This document shows, in pieces, positions 1-8,884 of a stretch of DNA of 64,000 nucleotides. Source of the DNA: an uncultured Nitrospirales bacterium (GTDB taxonomy: Bacteria > Nitrospirota > Nitrospiria > Nitrospirales > NS-4). The translations under genes were made by a program, and so were the position numbers. Under the pieces are notes generated by a model that was not told the DNA's origin, made no database searches, and saw only the letters and a list, made by a program, of their open reading frames with translations. Every line of letters begins with the position of its first letter. Position 1 is the first letter of the stretch. Where the stretch lies: NCBI GenBank assembly GCA_964472655.1, contig CAYYLQ010000013.1, positions 6,845-70,844 of the forward strand, written 5' to 3'.

Positions 1-1
1 T

Positions 2-310
2 CGCAAGATCGCCGCGGTGGGGGTCCGAATCTCGCGTGGTGTGACGCGTCATGGTTTCGCGCTGAACGTCATGAACGACCTGAGTCCCTTTTCGGCCATC
101 GTCCCCTGCGGGCTTGCCGGATGCGGCGTCACCTCGGTGGCGCGGGAGACGGGCGCCACCGTCGGGTTTGCTCAGGCGCTGAGAGCCGTGGTACGGGCTT
201 TCCAGGAGGTGTTCGGCCTTGCCTTGGCTGAAGCGCGCGTCACGGAGGTCTGTGCGCACTGGAGTGTCGGAACGGCGAACGCGTCGTGCGCCGGAAACGG
301 AGGAACATGA
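2..310 (+). CDS. lipB: lipoyl(octanoyl) transferase, 3' part (truncated by window edge)
   Basis: RKIAAVGV...[20 protein letters not shown] motifs; frame open from position 2. Confidence 0.9.
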   Translation, partial: RKIAAVGVRISRGVTRHGFALNVMNDLSPFSAIVPCGLAGCGVTSVARETGATVGFAQALRAVVRAFQEVFGLALAEARVTEVCAHWSVGTANASCAGNGGT

Positions 311-311
311 G

Positions 312-680
312 ATGAAGCCGCGTGATGTCATCAGATACCGGCTGCTGAATTACCTGATTGAGGCTCACGAGTCGCAGCTTATTTCCGCGAACGTCGCCAT
401 CCTCAACGAGATCGCGGAAGCCGATTGGGCGCAGGTCCGCGACGCCTTGAACGACCTGTTTCGGGGCGGCGATATCGTGCTGTCCAAGGATGGCCAGCCC
501 TATCGAGTCGAAGTCAACGCGGGGTGGTTCTTTCACACGGACAACTTCCAGATCAAGGCGACGGTCCGCGGGCGGCGGGAGTACGCCAAGCTCCAGTTGG
601 CGATGGAAAAAGAACGGGTCGCGCAGGAAGCCGAAGCGGCCAGCCTCCCGCCCGACGAACCGACCCACCAACAAGCCTGA
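312..680 (+). CDS. hypothetical protein, possibly winged-helix fold
   Basis: ATG at 312 after AGGA; sits between lipB and gdhA; helix-helix-strand pattern ending ATVRGRREY. Confidence 0.6.
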   Translation: MKPRDVIRYRLLNYLIEAHESQLISANVAILNEIAEADWAQVRDALNDLFRGGDIVLSKDGQPYRVEVNAGWFFHTDNFQIKATVRGRREYAKLQLAMEKERVAQEAEAASLPPDEPTHQQA

Positions 681-691
681 GCTCGACCGTC

Positions 692-1960
692 ATGACGAGC
701 CTCTACCAGGAGCTGGAGACCTCGACGTTTCACCTGGCCGTCGCCCAATTCGAGGAGGCGGCTGAGCGACTTGGCCTCGACCTCAACCTCCGTGAACGTC
801 TCAAGCTGCCGCAGCGGGCGCTGATCGTTTCCATCCCTATTCAGATGGATGACAAGAGCGTCAAGGTGTTCATGGGCTATCGCGTGCAGCACGATACAGC
901 GCTGGGCCCTTCCAAGGGCGGGGTTCGCTTTCATCCCGATGTGAATCTGGGGGAAGTGGCGGCGCTGGCCATGTGGATGACGTGGAAGTGTGCCTTGGCG
1001 GGACTCCCCTACGGCGGAGCCAAGGGAGGAATCCGGGTGGCGCCCGAGAGATTGTCTTCGGCGGAACTGCAGCGACTCACTCGCCGCTATACCTCCGAAA
1101 TACTCTCGCTTATCGGCCCGGAGAAAGACATTCCCGCGCCCGACGTCGGCACCAATGCGCAAGTGATGGCTTGGATGATGGATACGTACAGTCAGGCCAT
1201 GGGCTACGCCGTCCCGGGCGTCGTGACGGGGAAGCCGCTGGCCATCGGCGGGAGCTTGGGTCGGGAGGATGCGACGGGCCGGGGGGTTACCGACGTCACC
1301 CTGGAGGCGTTACGCCATCTCGGGCTGGACATCGGCCGAGCTACGGTCGTCATCCAGGGTTTCGGGAATGTGGGCATGCATACGGCCCGGATCATGCACG
1401 AGGTGGGTGCGAAGGTCATCGCCGTCAGCGACGCCAAAGGCGGGGTATACAGCTCGCGCGGGCTCGATATTCCCACCCTCCATTCCCGCTATCTTCGCAA
1501 TGTGCGACCGCTCCATGAGTGCGGTATAGGTGAGTTCATCTCCAACGAAGACCTTCTGGAACTCGAGTGCACGATTCTGGTGCCGGCCGCGTTGTCGGAG
1601 CAGATCACGGAGAAGAATGCGGCCAAGATCCGCTGCCGGATCCTGGCGGAGGGGGCGAACGGACCGACAACGATGGCCGCCGATCGCATTCTCGAAGGGA
1701 AAGGCGTCCTTGTGATTCCCGACATTCTGGCCAATTCCGGCGGCGTGATCGTGTCCTATTTTGAGTGGGTGCAGGACGTCCAGAAATATTTCTGGAAGGA
1801 GCAGGACATCAGGGAGCGCCTGCACGAGATCATCACAGCCGCGTTCCGCAGGACCCTTGAATTCTCGCAGGCCAAGAAGGTCAGCTTGCGGATGGCTGCG
1901 CTCATGAGCGGAATCGACAGGATCGGCCAAGCGCACCTGGCCCGCGGGCTCTATCCGTGA
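692..1960 (+). CDS. gdhA: Glu/Leu/Phe/Val dehydrogenase (glutamate dehydrogenase)
   Basis: GPSKGGVRFHP, LPYGGAKGG, DIPAPDVGT, GFGNVG, EGANGP motifs; start reassigned to ATG 692. Confidence 0.92.
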   Translation: MTSLYQELETSTFHLAVAQFEEAAERLGLDLNLRERLKLPQRALIVSIPIQMDDKSVKVFMGYRVQHDTALGPSKGGVRFHPDVNLGEVAALAMWMTWKCALAGLPYGGAKGGIRVAPERLSSAELQRLTRRYTSEILSLIGPEKDIPAPDVGTNAQVMAWMMDTYSQAMGYAVPGVVTGKPLAIGGSLGREDATGRGVTDVTLEALRHLGLDIGRATVVIQGFGNVGMHTARIMHEVGAKVIAVSDAKGGVYSSRGLDIPTLHSRYLRNVRPLHECGIGEFISNEDLLELECTILVPAALSEQITEKNAAKIRCRILAEGANGPTTMAADRILEGKGVLVIPDILANSGGVIVSYFEWVQDVQKYFWKEQDIRERLHEIITAAFRRTLEFSQAKKVSLRMAALMSGIDRIGQAHLARGLYP

Positions 1961-2337
1961 AGGAATTTCTCTTCAGTTTTATCGGCGTAGTCTGGTTTTC
2001 CATAGGACTCGGGTTGATCATTGCGCCGGCGTGGGCCATCGAGATCCTCGAACGGCTGGCCTCCGACGAATTCCGGCTGTTCGTGCTGATTCAGGCCGGG
2101 ATGCTGCTCAGTCTCATTTTGGTGATCGGGACAGGCGGGTTGGCCTTCCGCATCGTCTGGATCGTGGTCGGGTGTCTGGGAATCGCCCTAGGACTGTTCC
2201 TGATCAGCGTTCCGCTCGGCCGGCGGGAAGCCTTCCTTGAGTGGTGGTTCAAACGGCCGTTCTGGGAGTATCGCGTGTGGGGTATCGTACTGGTGAGTCT
2301 GGCGACGACGCTCGCCTACGGAGTGAGCGCATTGTGA
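1957..2337 (+). CDS. hypothetical membrane protein (about 4 TM)
   Basis: hydrophobic segments; GTGA overlap with gdhA stop. Confidence 0.7.
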   Translation: MKEFLFSFIGVVWFSIGLGLIIAPAWAIEILERLASDEFRLFVLIQAGMLLSLILVIGTGGLAFRIVWIVVGCLGIALGLFLISVPLGRREAFLEWWFKRPFWEYRVWGIVLVSLATTLAYGVSAL

Positions 2338-2347
2338 GCGCCGGTTC

Positions 2348-2653
2348 ATGGCGGACGACATCCTGACGCTCTGGCGGGCGCACCGGGGGGCGGAGCTTCC
2401 CGACGTTCCTCGGGAAACCCGGGGGGAACTCTGGGTGCTGGACGAAGTCATCGGAGGGTGCGTGGCGTTCTACCTGAGCGGTGGAGGAACGCTGGACCCG
2501 CCGCGAGTCGCCATTCTGGAGGATTGCCGGGCTGATCTGGAGCGCCTGATGCCGGACCTCGAAGAAGCCGCCGCATCCTATTTCGGCCGGCTGGGCATGC
2601 TGGCGGGACTGCTCATTGAAACGTCGAAGAAGTCGGGAGAGCAAGGACCGTGA
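2348..2653 (+). CDS. hypothetical protein
   Basis: protein-like composition, operon spacing. Confidence 0.65.
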   Translation: MADDILTLWRAHRGAELPDVPRETRGELWVLDEVIGGCVAFYLSGGGTLDPPRVAILEDCRADLERLMPDLEEAAASYFGRLGMLAGLLIETSKKSGEQGP

Positions 2654-2753
2654 GGCTTCTGGGAATGGCGTTCTGAATGCTTGCATCTCATGGGCCGGTT
2701 GGTTACCATGGCCCGATTTTGAAATCCTACAACTTTTATAACGGGGGTGTGGC

Positions 2754-3287
2754 ATGGCGACGTGGTTGAGCGGTCTGCGTGCGGCCGTCCGGGCGTGCGC
2801 ATTGGTCATTCTGGTTGCGCCGGCGGTGGGCGCCGAGCCCTACGAATTGACCGAATCGGAGGTGATGGAGCTGGAAAAATTCAATCCCTCCGATGTCTCC
2901 CTATTCGGCATCAAACTGGGAGATTCCGAGGCGAAGGTCAAAGAAAAGCTCATCAAGATCAAGATCCCCGGTGTACGGGTGGATGTGCAGGATGTCTTCG
3001 TCATGCTGTTCGATAAACGCAGTCCCAGCAATGCGATGGCGGGAGTCAGGCTGATGGACGGCAAGGTGGATTATATTTTTATCACCCAGCGGTTCGCCCA
3101 TCTGGCCGCAGGGGTCTTTCGCCTTGTGCTGCGGGGTGATGGAATCGACGAGGCCAGGAAGCTGCTCGGCAAAGAGGAGTTTACCGAGGACCAGACCACG
3201 TTCACCAAGTTGAATTACAAAGGAGGAGCGATGGTGATCCTCTTCTCCGGCCGCGACATCACGGTGGAGTTCAATGCGGGGGCCTGA
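2754..3287 (+). CDS. hypothetical exported protein
   Basis: N-terminal signal peptide (…APAVGA/EP), globular composition. Confidence 0.7.
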   Translation: MATWLSGLRAAVRACALVILVAPAVGAEPYELTESEVMELEKFNPSDVSLFGIKLGDSEAKVKEKLIKIKIPGVRVDVQDVFVMLFDKRSPSNAMAGVRLMDGKVDYIFITQRFAHLAAGVFRLVLRGDGIDEARKLLGKEEFTEDQTTFTKLNYKGGAMVILFSGRDITVEFNAGA

Positions 3288-3297
3288 CGGAGACGAG

Positions 3298-4233
3298 TCA
3301 GCGTGAAGCTTCGACCGCCGCTTGGATGGGAGCGCGAAGGCCGTAGGCAATCAGTTCATGCGCGCGCCACCAGCGTTGGCGGGCATTGAGAAGGACGAGG
3401 AGGAGCTCTCTGTCGTCCCGCGTCACAACGGTGATCAAGCAGCGTCCGGCGCCACGCGTATAGCCGGTTTTCACGCCAATCACTCCATCCATGGTTCCCA
3501 GCAGGCGGTTGGTCGTCCGGGCGACATACGTCTTGCGTTGATCGGCGGTGCGGATGACCGCCGCCGGTTCTCGGACGATGGACGCGAAGGTTTCGTACCC
3601 CATAGCATATTCCGTCAGCAAAGCCAGCTCCTCGGCCGTGGAAAAGTGATTGGGCATGTCGAACCCGCAGGCATTCTGGAAATGGGTGCGGGTCAGCCCG
3701 ATGGCCGCGGCCTTCTCGTTCATCTTTGCAACAAACGATTCCTCATCCCCGCTCACGTGCTCCACCGCGGCAAGGCAAGCATCGTTGGCCGAACGAATCA
3801 GCATAGCCTCCAGAAGGCCCCGCAGCGGAAGCACCTGGCCTGGCTTCAAGTGGAGCTTGATCTTATGGGCAGCTGCCGCCTGCCGGCTTACCGTCACCTG
3901 ATCGTTCAGCGTGCCTTCCTCGAGAATCACGATGGCCGACATGATCTTGGTCAGGCTGGCGGGCGCCATGGACAGGTCGGCATTTTGCTCGAACAGAACT
4001 TCTCCTGTCCGTAGGTCTTTCAGCAGAATCCCTTCAGGCGGCAAAGACCGCCTCGGGGCCTTGCGCTTATAGATGGTCGGGGTTTTGACTTGCGCGGATT
4101 TTCCGTTGGACATGCGGTAGGTGTTCGCGGCGCGATCCGACGCGGCGCCCGAGGCATTGCCGGGAACGGGGAACAGGAGAAACGCCGCGCTGACGATCAG
4201 GCAAGCAACCTGACGGCAACGGGCGGCAGTCAT
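3298..4233 (-). CDS. D-alanyl-D-alanine carboxypeptidase (peptidase S11, PBP5-like)
   Basis: SxxK (ASLTK), SxN (SAN), KTG motifs; signal peptide. Confidence 0.9.
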   Translation of the reverse strand: MTAARCRQVACLIVSAAFLLFPVPGNASGAASDRAANTYRMSNGKSAQVKTPTIYKRKAPRRSLPPEGILLKDLRTGEVLFEQNADLSMAPASLTKIMSAIVILEEGTLNDQVTVSRQAAAAHKIKLHLKPGQVLPLRGLLEAMLIRSANDACLAAVEHVSGDEESFVAKMNEKAAAIGLTRTHFQNACGFDMPNHFSTAEELALLTEYAMGYETFASIVREPAAVIRTADQRKTYVARTTNRLLGTMDGVIGVKTGYTRGAGRCLITVVTRDDRELLLVLLNARQRWWRAHELIAYGLRAPIQAAVEASR

Positions 4234-4418
4234 GAAGGGATCGTAACTCTGAGGTTCAAATCCTTCACTCCCGCAGACAGCACTTGATGGAAGAACCGGA
4301 GCAAATCCGCGAGGTCCAGCCAGAATCCGCAGTTCAGACAGCGCGCGTACAGGCGGCGGCTATCCAGCGTGTAATGCCGCTCAAACATCATGCAGCCCTG
4401 GCATTTCAGACATGTCAT
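4230..4418 (-). CDS. small zinc-ribbon-like protein (CxxC...CxxC)
   Basis: MTCLKCQG...RCLNCG; overlaps start of the S11 gene. Confidence 0.65.
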   Translation of the reverse strand: MTCLKCQGCMMFERHYTLDSRRLYARCLNCGFWLDLADLLRFFHQVLSAGVKDLNLRVTIPS

Positions 4419-4478
4419 GGCCGACACTCTGGCATGGCGTCCAGCCGGAGTCAAGCGAAAAGCGGTGATGAGGCGCGC

Positions 4479-4661
4479 TCATTTGATTCGGTTCATGATG
4501 AGGGCGATGCAGCCGGCCAGCAACCCCCCGCCGGTGATGGTGAGCACGAAATTGATGGCGCTTTTGTCGCCGCTGATCAGATCCTGCACGCCTCCCTGCA
4601 CCATCAGCACCGCGAGCGTCATCGTCGCGCCGGTCAGGAACCACCAGAGGAATGTCTTCAC
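4479..4661 (-). CDS. small 2-TM membrane protein
   Basis: two hydrophobic helices, GAGG SD, good upstream promoter. Confidence 0.65.
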   Translation of the reverse strand: MKTFLWWFLTGATMTLAVLMVQGGVQDLISGDKSAINFVLTITGGGLLAGCIALIMNRIK

Positions 4662-4679
4662 ACGCGGCCTCGCTGCTCC

Positions 4680-4708
4680 AATCTAGCGGTGCGGCTCTGG
4701 ATTGTCAA
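4680..4708 (-). promoter_or_regulatory. sigma70-type promoter TTGACA-N17-TAGATT
   Basis: perfect -35, 17-nt spacer, upstream of 4661 start. Confidence 0.6.
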
Positions 4709-4724
4709 GCCTACGGAATTCGCC

Positions 4725-5885
4725 TCAATTAGAAGGCACCAGGTGTGAGCGGGGATCTTTGGCCAGGAAGACCGACACGGTGTTGCCCAAGTTGTTCGCG
4801 GTGACCAAGCCTGGCCGCGGGTCCTGCGGCCCGAACGAGACGGCGGTGACGGCGAACGGAGCCGAGCCGGTCCGGTAGCTGCGAGGCGGCTGCCAGAACG
4901 TGCCGTCTCCCTTGCCGAGCAGCACGGACAGATCGCTCGACATGTTATTGGCGACGGCGACATCCGTCTTGCCGTCTCCGTCGAAGTCCTGGGTCACGGT
5001 TGAGATCGGGCCGGCGTTCGCGCCGAAGGACGTCCCTTGCGTGAATGTCCCATCGCCCTTGCCGAAGAAGACGCTGATGTCGTCCCGTTCCCCGTTGACA
5101 ACGAGCAAATCCACGTGACGATCGCCGTTGAGGTCCAGAACCGACACGCTGAGCGGGCTATGACCGGTTTTGTAGGGGACCGGCGTCTGGAACGTGCCGT
5201 CTCCCTTTCCCAGGAACACCACGACGCTGTTGCTCATGGTACCACCGTGGGTGACTAAGAGGTCGGTCAGACCGTCCTCGTTGACGTCAGCGGCGGTGAC
5301 GGAGGTCGGGGTATCGCCGTATTCATAGACGCCCTTTTCTAGGAAGCTGCCGTCTCCGCGCCCGAGCAGGATGAGCAATTTGTCGTTCCGGAGAGCCACG
5401 GCGAGGTCCGATTTGCCGTCCCGGTTGAAGTCCCCCACGGCCAGGCTGACCGGCGATTTGATCGCCGAATAGCTGTCTCCTTGGGTAAAGCGGCCGGTTC
5501 CATCCCCTAAGAGAATGGTCACGCGATGGTTGCCGGCGGTCGCCACGGCCAGATCGAGCTTGCCGTCTCCGTTGAAGTCGTGGAGGACCACGGCGCGGGG
5601 CTGTTCCGGGATCCGCAGGGTCATTGCGTCCTTGAAATTGCCGTCCCCGTTGCCGAGCAGGATGCTCAGCGAGTCGCCGCTGATGTTCGTCGTGACCAGA
5701 TCGGCAAAGCGGTCGCCGTTCAGGTCGCCGGTGACGACGCTCGTCGGGTTCTTGCCGACCTCGATCGTCTTGTAGAGATAGAACAGATCGGGCGCTTGGT
5801 GGGATTCGCTTGGCGTACACGCGGTCCCCATCGCCAGAAGGAGCGCCGCCGAACACCAGCGGAGCGCGAAAGTGCAAATGGTCAT
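4725..5885 (-). CDS. FG-GAP/VCBS-repeat beta-propeller lipoprotein
   Basis: six clear D(L/F/V)NxDGxxDL-type repeats at about 55-aa spacing plus a degenerate seventh; lipobox-like GTAC. Confidence 0.88.
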   Translation of the reverse strand: MTICTFALRWCSAALLLAMGTACTPSESHQAPDLFYLYKTIEVGKNPTSVVTGDLNGDRFADLVTTNISGDSLSILLGNGDGNFKDAMTLRIPEQPRAVVLHDFNGDGKLDLAVATAGNHRVTILLGDGTGRFTQGDSYSAIKSPVSLAVGDFNRDGKSDLAVALRNDKLLILLGRGDGSFLEKGVYEYGDTPTSVTAADVNEDGLTDLLVTHGGTMSNSVVVFLGKGDGTFQTPVPYKTGHSPLSVSVLDLNGDRHVDLLVVNGERDDISVFFGKGDGTFTQGTSFGANAGPISTVTQDFDGDGKTDVAVANNMSSDLSVLLGKGDGTFWQPPRSYRTGSAPFAVTAVSFGPQDPRPGLVTANNLGNTVSVFLAKDPRSHLVPSN

Positions 5886-5974
5886 GACGGGAACATTGTA
5901 CGGCGTCGGCGAGGATGGCGCAACCCGGAGTTCCACGTCTTGCGCCGCCTATGCCCCTAGTATAGACTCGACTC

Positions 5975-7270
5975 ATGCCGATGTCCTATGTCAATGAGAT
6001 CGCGCAACACTCGGGGCGGGAAGCGACGGTGCGCGGGTGGCTCCGCCACAAGCGGGTCGGCGGGAAAATCGCGTTCTTGGTGGTGCGGGATGGGACGGGC
6101 GATATTCAAGCGGTTGTGAGCAAAGCGGCGGTCGGCGACGAGGCGTTTGCTCTGGCTGGCAAATTGACGCAGGAATCCTCCCTTCTTCTGACTGGGACCG
6201 TGCAAGCCGACGCGCGGGCGCTGGGGGGGTACGAGATGCACGTTTCCCGGCTGGAAGTGCTTCAGCTGGTTGAGGCGGAGTTCCCGATCCAGCCCAAAGA
6301 ACACGGGACCGGTTTCTTGATGGAGCACCGGCATCTCTGGCTCCGGTCTCACCGGCAAGAGGCCGTCCTGCGGATTCGCCACGAGATCATCCGGGCGTGC
6401 CGCAACTTCTTCGACGACCGCGGCTTCATTCTGGCCGACACGCCGATCTTCACGCCCAACGCTTGCGAGGGGACCACGACGCTGTTCGAAACCGATTATT
6501 TCGGCGAGAAAGCCTACCTGACCCAGAGCGGGCAGCTCTACAACGAAGCGACGGCGGCGGCTTTCGGCAAAGTCTATTGCTTCGGGCCCACGTTCCGGGC
6601 CGAGAAATCCAAAACCCGCCGCCATCTGATGGAATTTTGGATGGTAGAGCCGGAGGTCGCTTTTGCGGAGCTCGCCGATGTGATGGCGCTGGCCGAGGAA
6701 TTTCTCTGCCATATCGTGGCGAGGATATTGGAGCATCGCCGCGAGGATTTGAAGGCGTTGGAGCGCGACGTGAAGAAACTGGAGACCATCGTGCCTCCGT
6801 TCCCCCGGCTCACGTACGCCGAAGCAGTGGCGATTTTGCAGAAGAAGGGGAATCCGATCCGGCTCGGCGATGACTTCGGCGGCGATGAAGAGACGATTCT
6901 TTCGAATGAATTCGACCGTCCTGTGATCGTCCACCGCTATCCGACCGCGCTGAAGGCCTTTTACATGCAGAACGACCCGGAGAACCAAGGTCTCGCGCTG
7001 TGTATGGACGTGCTGGCGCCGGAAGGCTACGGCGAGATCATCGGGGGAGGCCAGCGCATCCATGAACGCGACAAGCTGCTGGCGCGTCTGAACGCGCACC
7101 ATCTTCCGGAAGACGCCTTTAAATGGTACCTGGATCTGCGCACGTTCGGATCGGTTCCGCACGCCGGCTTCGGCATGGGCGTCGAGCGGGCGGTGGCGTG
7201 GGTCTGTGGCCTAGAGCACGTCCGTGAAACGATCCCCTTTCCCCGCATGCTCTACAAGATCTACCCGTAG
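5975..7270 (+). CDS. asnS: asparagine--tRNA ligase
   Basis: OB-fold N-terminus, [41 protein letters not shown]. Confidence 0.95.
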   Translation: MPMSYVNEIAQHSGREATVRGWLRHKRVGGKIAFLVVRDGTGDIQAVVSKAAVGDEAFALAGKLTQESSLLLTGTVQADARALGGYEMHVSRLEVLQLVEAEFPIQPKEHGTGFLMEHRHLWLRSHRQEAVLRIRHEIIRACRNFFDDRGFILADTPIFTPNACEGTTTLFETDYFGEKAYLTQSGQLYNEATAAAFGKVYCFGPTFRAEKSKTRRHLMEFWMVEPEVAFAELADVMALAEEFLCHIVARILEHRREDLKALERDVKKLETIVPPFPRLTYAEAVAILQKKGNPIRLGDDFGGDEETILSNEFDRPVIVHRYPTALKAFYMQNDPENQGLALCMDVLAPEGYGEIIGGGQRIHERDKLLARLNAHHLPEDAFKWYLDLRTFGSVPHAGFGMGVERAVAWVCGLEHVRETIPFPRMLYKIYP

Positions 7271-7345
7271 CCAATTCGCCTCTCACAACTGGTCGTGGTA
7301 GGCTTCGTTACCAATCCCTAGGCAAGCCAGCTAGGATGCCATGAT

Positions 7346-7354
7346 TTATCCACA
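7346..7354 (+). promoter_or_regulatory. DnaA box (TTATCCACA)
   Basis: perfect consensus 9-mer upstream of the dcw promoter. Confidence 0.5.
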
Positions 7355-7408
7355 GGCTGACGCCTTAGGGACGATTTTCCTATCCAATCAATAAACCATA
7401 AATTTTTC

Positions 7409-7436
7409 TTGACAATGCCTTATAGGAAGGTATACT
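7409..7436 (+). promoter_or_regulatory. dcw (Pmra-like) promoter TTGACA-N16-TATACT
   Basis: near-consensus sigma70 boxes in AT-rich region upstream of rsmH. Confidence 0.7.
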
Positions 7437-7446
7437 TGCGCCAAAT

Positions 7447-7472
7447 AGTGGGCGAAAGTGGGAATTTGTGGT
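7447..7472 (+). promoter_or_regulatory. MraZ-type operator: three GTGG(G/T) direct repeats with 10-nt period
   Basis: GTGGG at 7448, GTGGG at 7458, GTGGT at 7468, just downstream of the -10. Confidence 0.7.
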
Positions 7473-7656
7473 TGAATAATATTGCAAGACAGTTAGGAAA
7501 AAATTAAGGCAAGGTTACATGGGTTCGTATCGATTACAGAGCCCGTCGACGATGCCGCACATGGCTGGAAGAAGTGATTCGTCTCTTCCGATCGGGTGCG
7601 GCATTTTCTTTCAGGGCCGATGACGATGGAGCCCCTTCGGGATTGCGGGCGAGAGC

Positions 7657-8556
7657 ATGCACAGACCGGTTATGCTCGAAGAGGTGCTGGCGTGGCTGAG
7701 GCCGCAGGCCGGAGGAATATATCTTGACGGGACGGTCGGGGCGGGAGGGCACAGCCAGGCCATCCTTGCGGCCAGCGGGCCGGATAGCAGGATCATCGGG
7801 TTGGATCGCGATGCGGCCGCGGTGGAAGCAGCTCGGGAGAAGCTCTCGGCCTTCGGCGATCGGGCGTTGATCATGCAGGCGGGGTACCGGGGTGCCGCGG
7901 GGGCCGTGCGGGACGTGACAGCGTGCGGGATTGATGGCGCGCTGCTCGATCTCGGCGTGTCCTCCATGCAGTTGGACCAGGCCGCACGGGGGTTCAGTTT
8001 TACGGCGGAGGGGCCGCTCGACATGAGGATGGACCAGCGGGAATCGCTCACTGCCGCCGATCTGGTCAACCGCTTGCCCGAACAGGAATTGACGCGAATC
8101 CTGTTCGAATATGGGGAGGAGCGGTACGCGAGGCGCATCGCCCGGGCGATTATCCGGAGGAGGGAGCGAGATCCCATTCTGACGACTATGGCGCTGGTCG
8201 ATGTGATCAGAGGAACGGTTCTGCCGTCCTACCTGCACGGCCGGCTCCACTTCGCCACGCGCACCTTTCAAGCCCTCCGGATCGCCACGAACCATGAACT
8301 CGAAGACCTCGGCTCATCGCTCCGGCTTGTGGCGGGGCTCCTGCGTCCCAGAGGCCGTTTCGTGGTGCTCTCGTTCCATTCATTGGAGGATCGCATCGTG
8401 AAGCACACGTTCCGGGCGTTGGCCAGCGGCGCGGATGCGGACTTCGCCGTTCTGACCAAACGTCCGCTCACGCCGTCCGAGAGAGAGTACGCGGAGAACC
8501 CGCGAGCCCGGAGCGCCAAGCTGCGCGTGCTCGAGCGCAGGGAGGACGCGGCATGA
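7657..8556 (+). CDS. rsmH: 16S rRNA m4C1402 methyltransferase
   Basis: HRPVML, DGTVGAGGHS, DLGVSSMQLD, FHSLEDRIVK, NPRARSAKLR. Confidence 0.95.
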   Translation: MHRPVMLEEVLAWLRPQAGGIYLDGTVGAGGHSQAILAASGPDSRIIGLDRDAAAVEAAREKLSAFGDRALIMQAGYRGAAGAVRDVTACGIDGALLDLGVSSMQLDQAARGFSFTAEGPLDMRMDQRESLTAADLVNRLPEQELTRILFEYGEERYARRIARAIIRRRERDPILTTMALVDVIRGTVLPSYLHGRLHFATRTFQALRIATNHELEDLGSSLRLVAGLLRPRGRFVVLSFHSLEDRIVKHTFRALASGADADFAVLTKRPLTPSEREYAENPRARSAKLRVLERREDAA

Positions 8557-8864
8557 AATACCTGGTCGGAACGGTTCTGTTGGCGCTGGCTCTATCGGCG
8601 GTGTGGGTGAAAGTGGATATTTATCGGACTGGGTACGCGATTGCGGACCTCCAGACCAAAAAGAAGCAGGCGCAGCAGGAGCAGAAAGCTCTCCTGTTGG
8701 AGCTTGCCAGGCTGACGTCTCCCGAACAGGTCGAGCGTGTCGCCGTCAGCCAGCTCGGCATGGTCCGGCCCCGGTACAATCAGGTGGTGTTGGTGAAGGG
8801 CGTTGCGCCGCCGGCCTCTGAAGCGCCGGCCAGCCGCATCGTCCGCGCGGTGCATACCAATTAG
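8553..8864 (+). CDS. ftsL: cell division protein FtsL
   Basis: TM plus coiled coil, LGM motif, position between rsmH and ftsI. Confidence 0.8.
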   Translation: MKYLVGTVLLALALSAVWVKVDIYRTGYAIADLQTKKKQAQQEQKALLLELARLTSPEQVERVAVSQLGMVRPRYNQVVLVKGVAPPASEAPASRIVRAVHTN

Positions 8865-8884
8865 GAAGCGGTAGCGGGGACTGC

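Noticed and set aside
2666-2681. Possible sigma54 promoter TGGCG-N7-TGC
   Set aside because: GG-N10-GC spacing fits, but the flanks match the consensus poorly
4760-5760. Repeated DNA motifs (TTGCCGTC(T/C)CCG) as a CRISPR or tandem array
   Set aside because: Explained by FG-GAP protein repeats within a coding sequence
7519-7623. Short ORF MGSYRLQ... as a possible mraZ remnant
   Set aside because: Only a vague GxY resemblance; no DxKGR motif in frame; too weak to call a pseudogene
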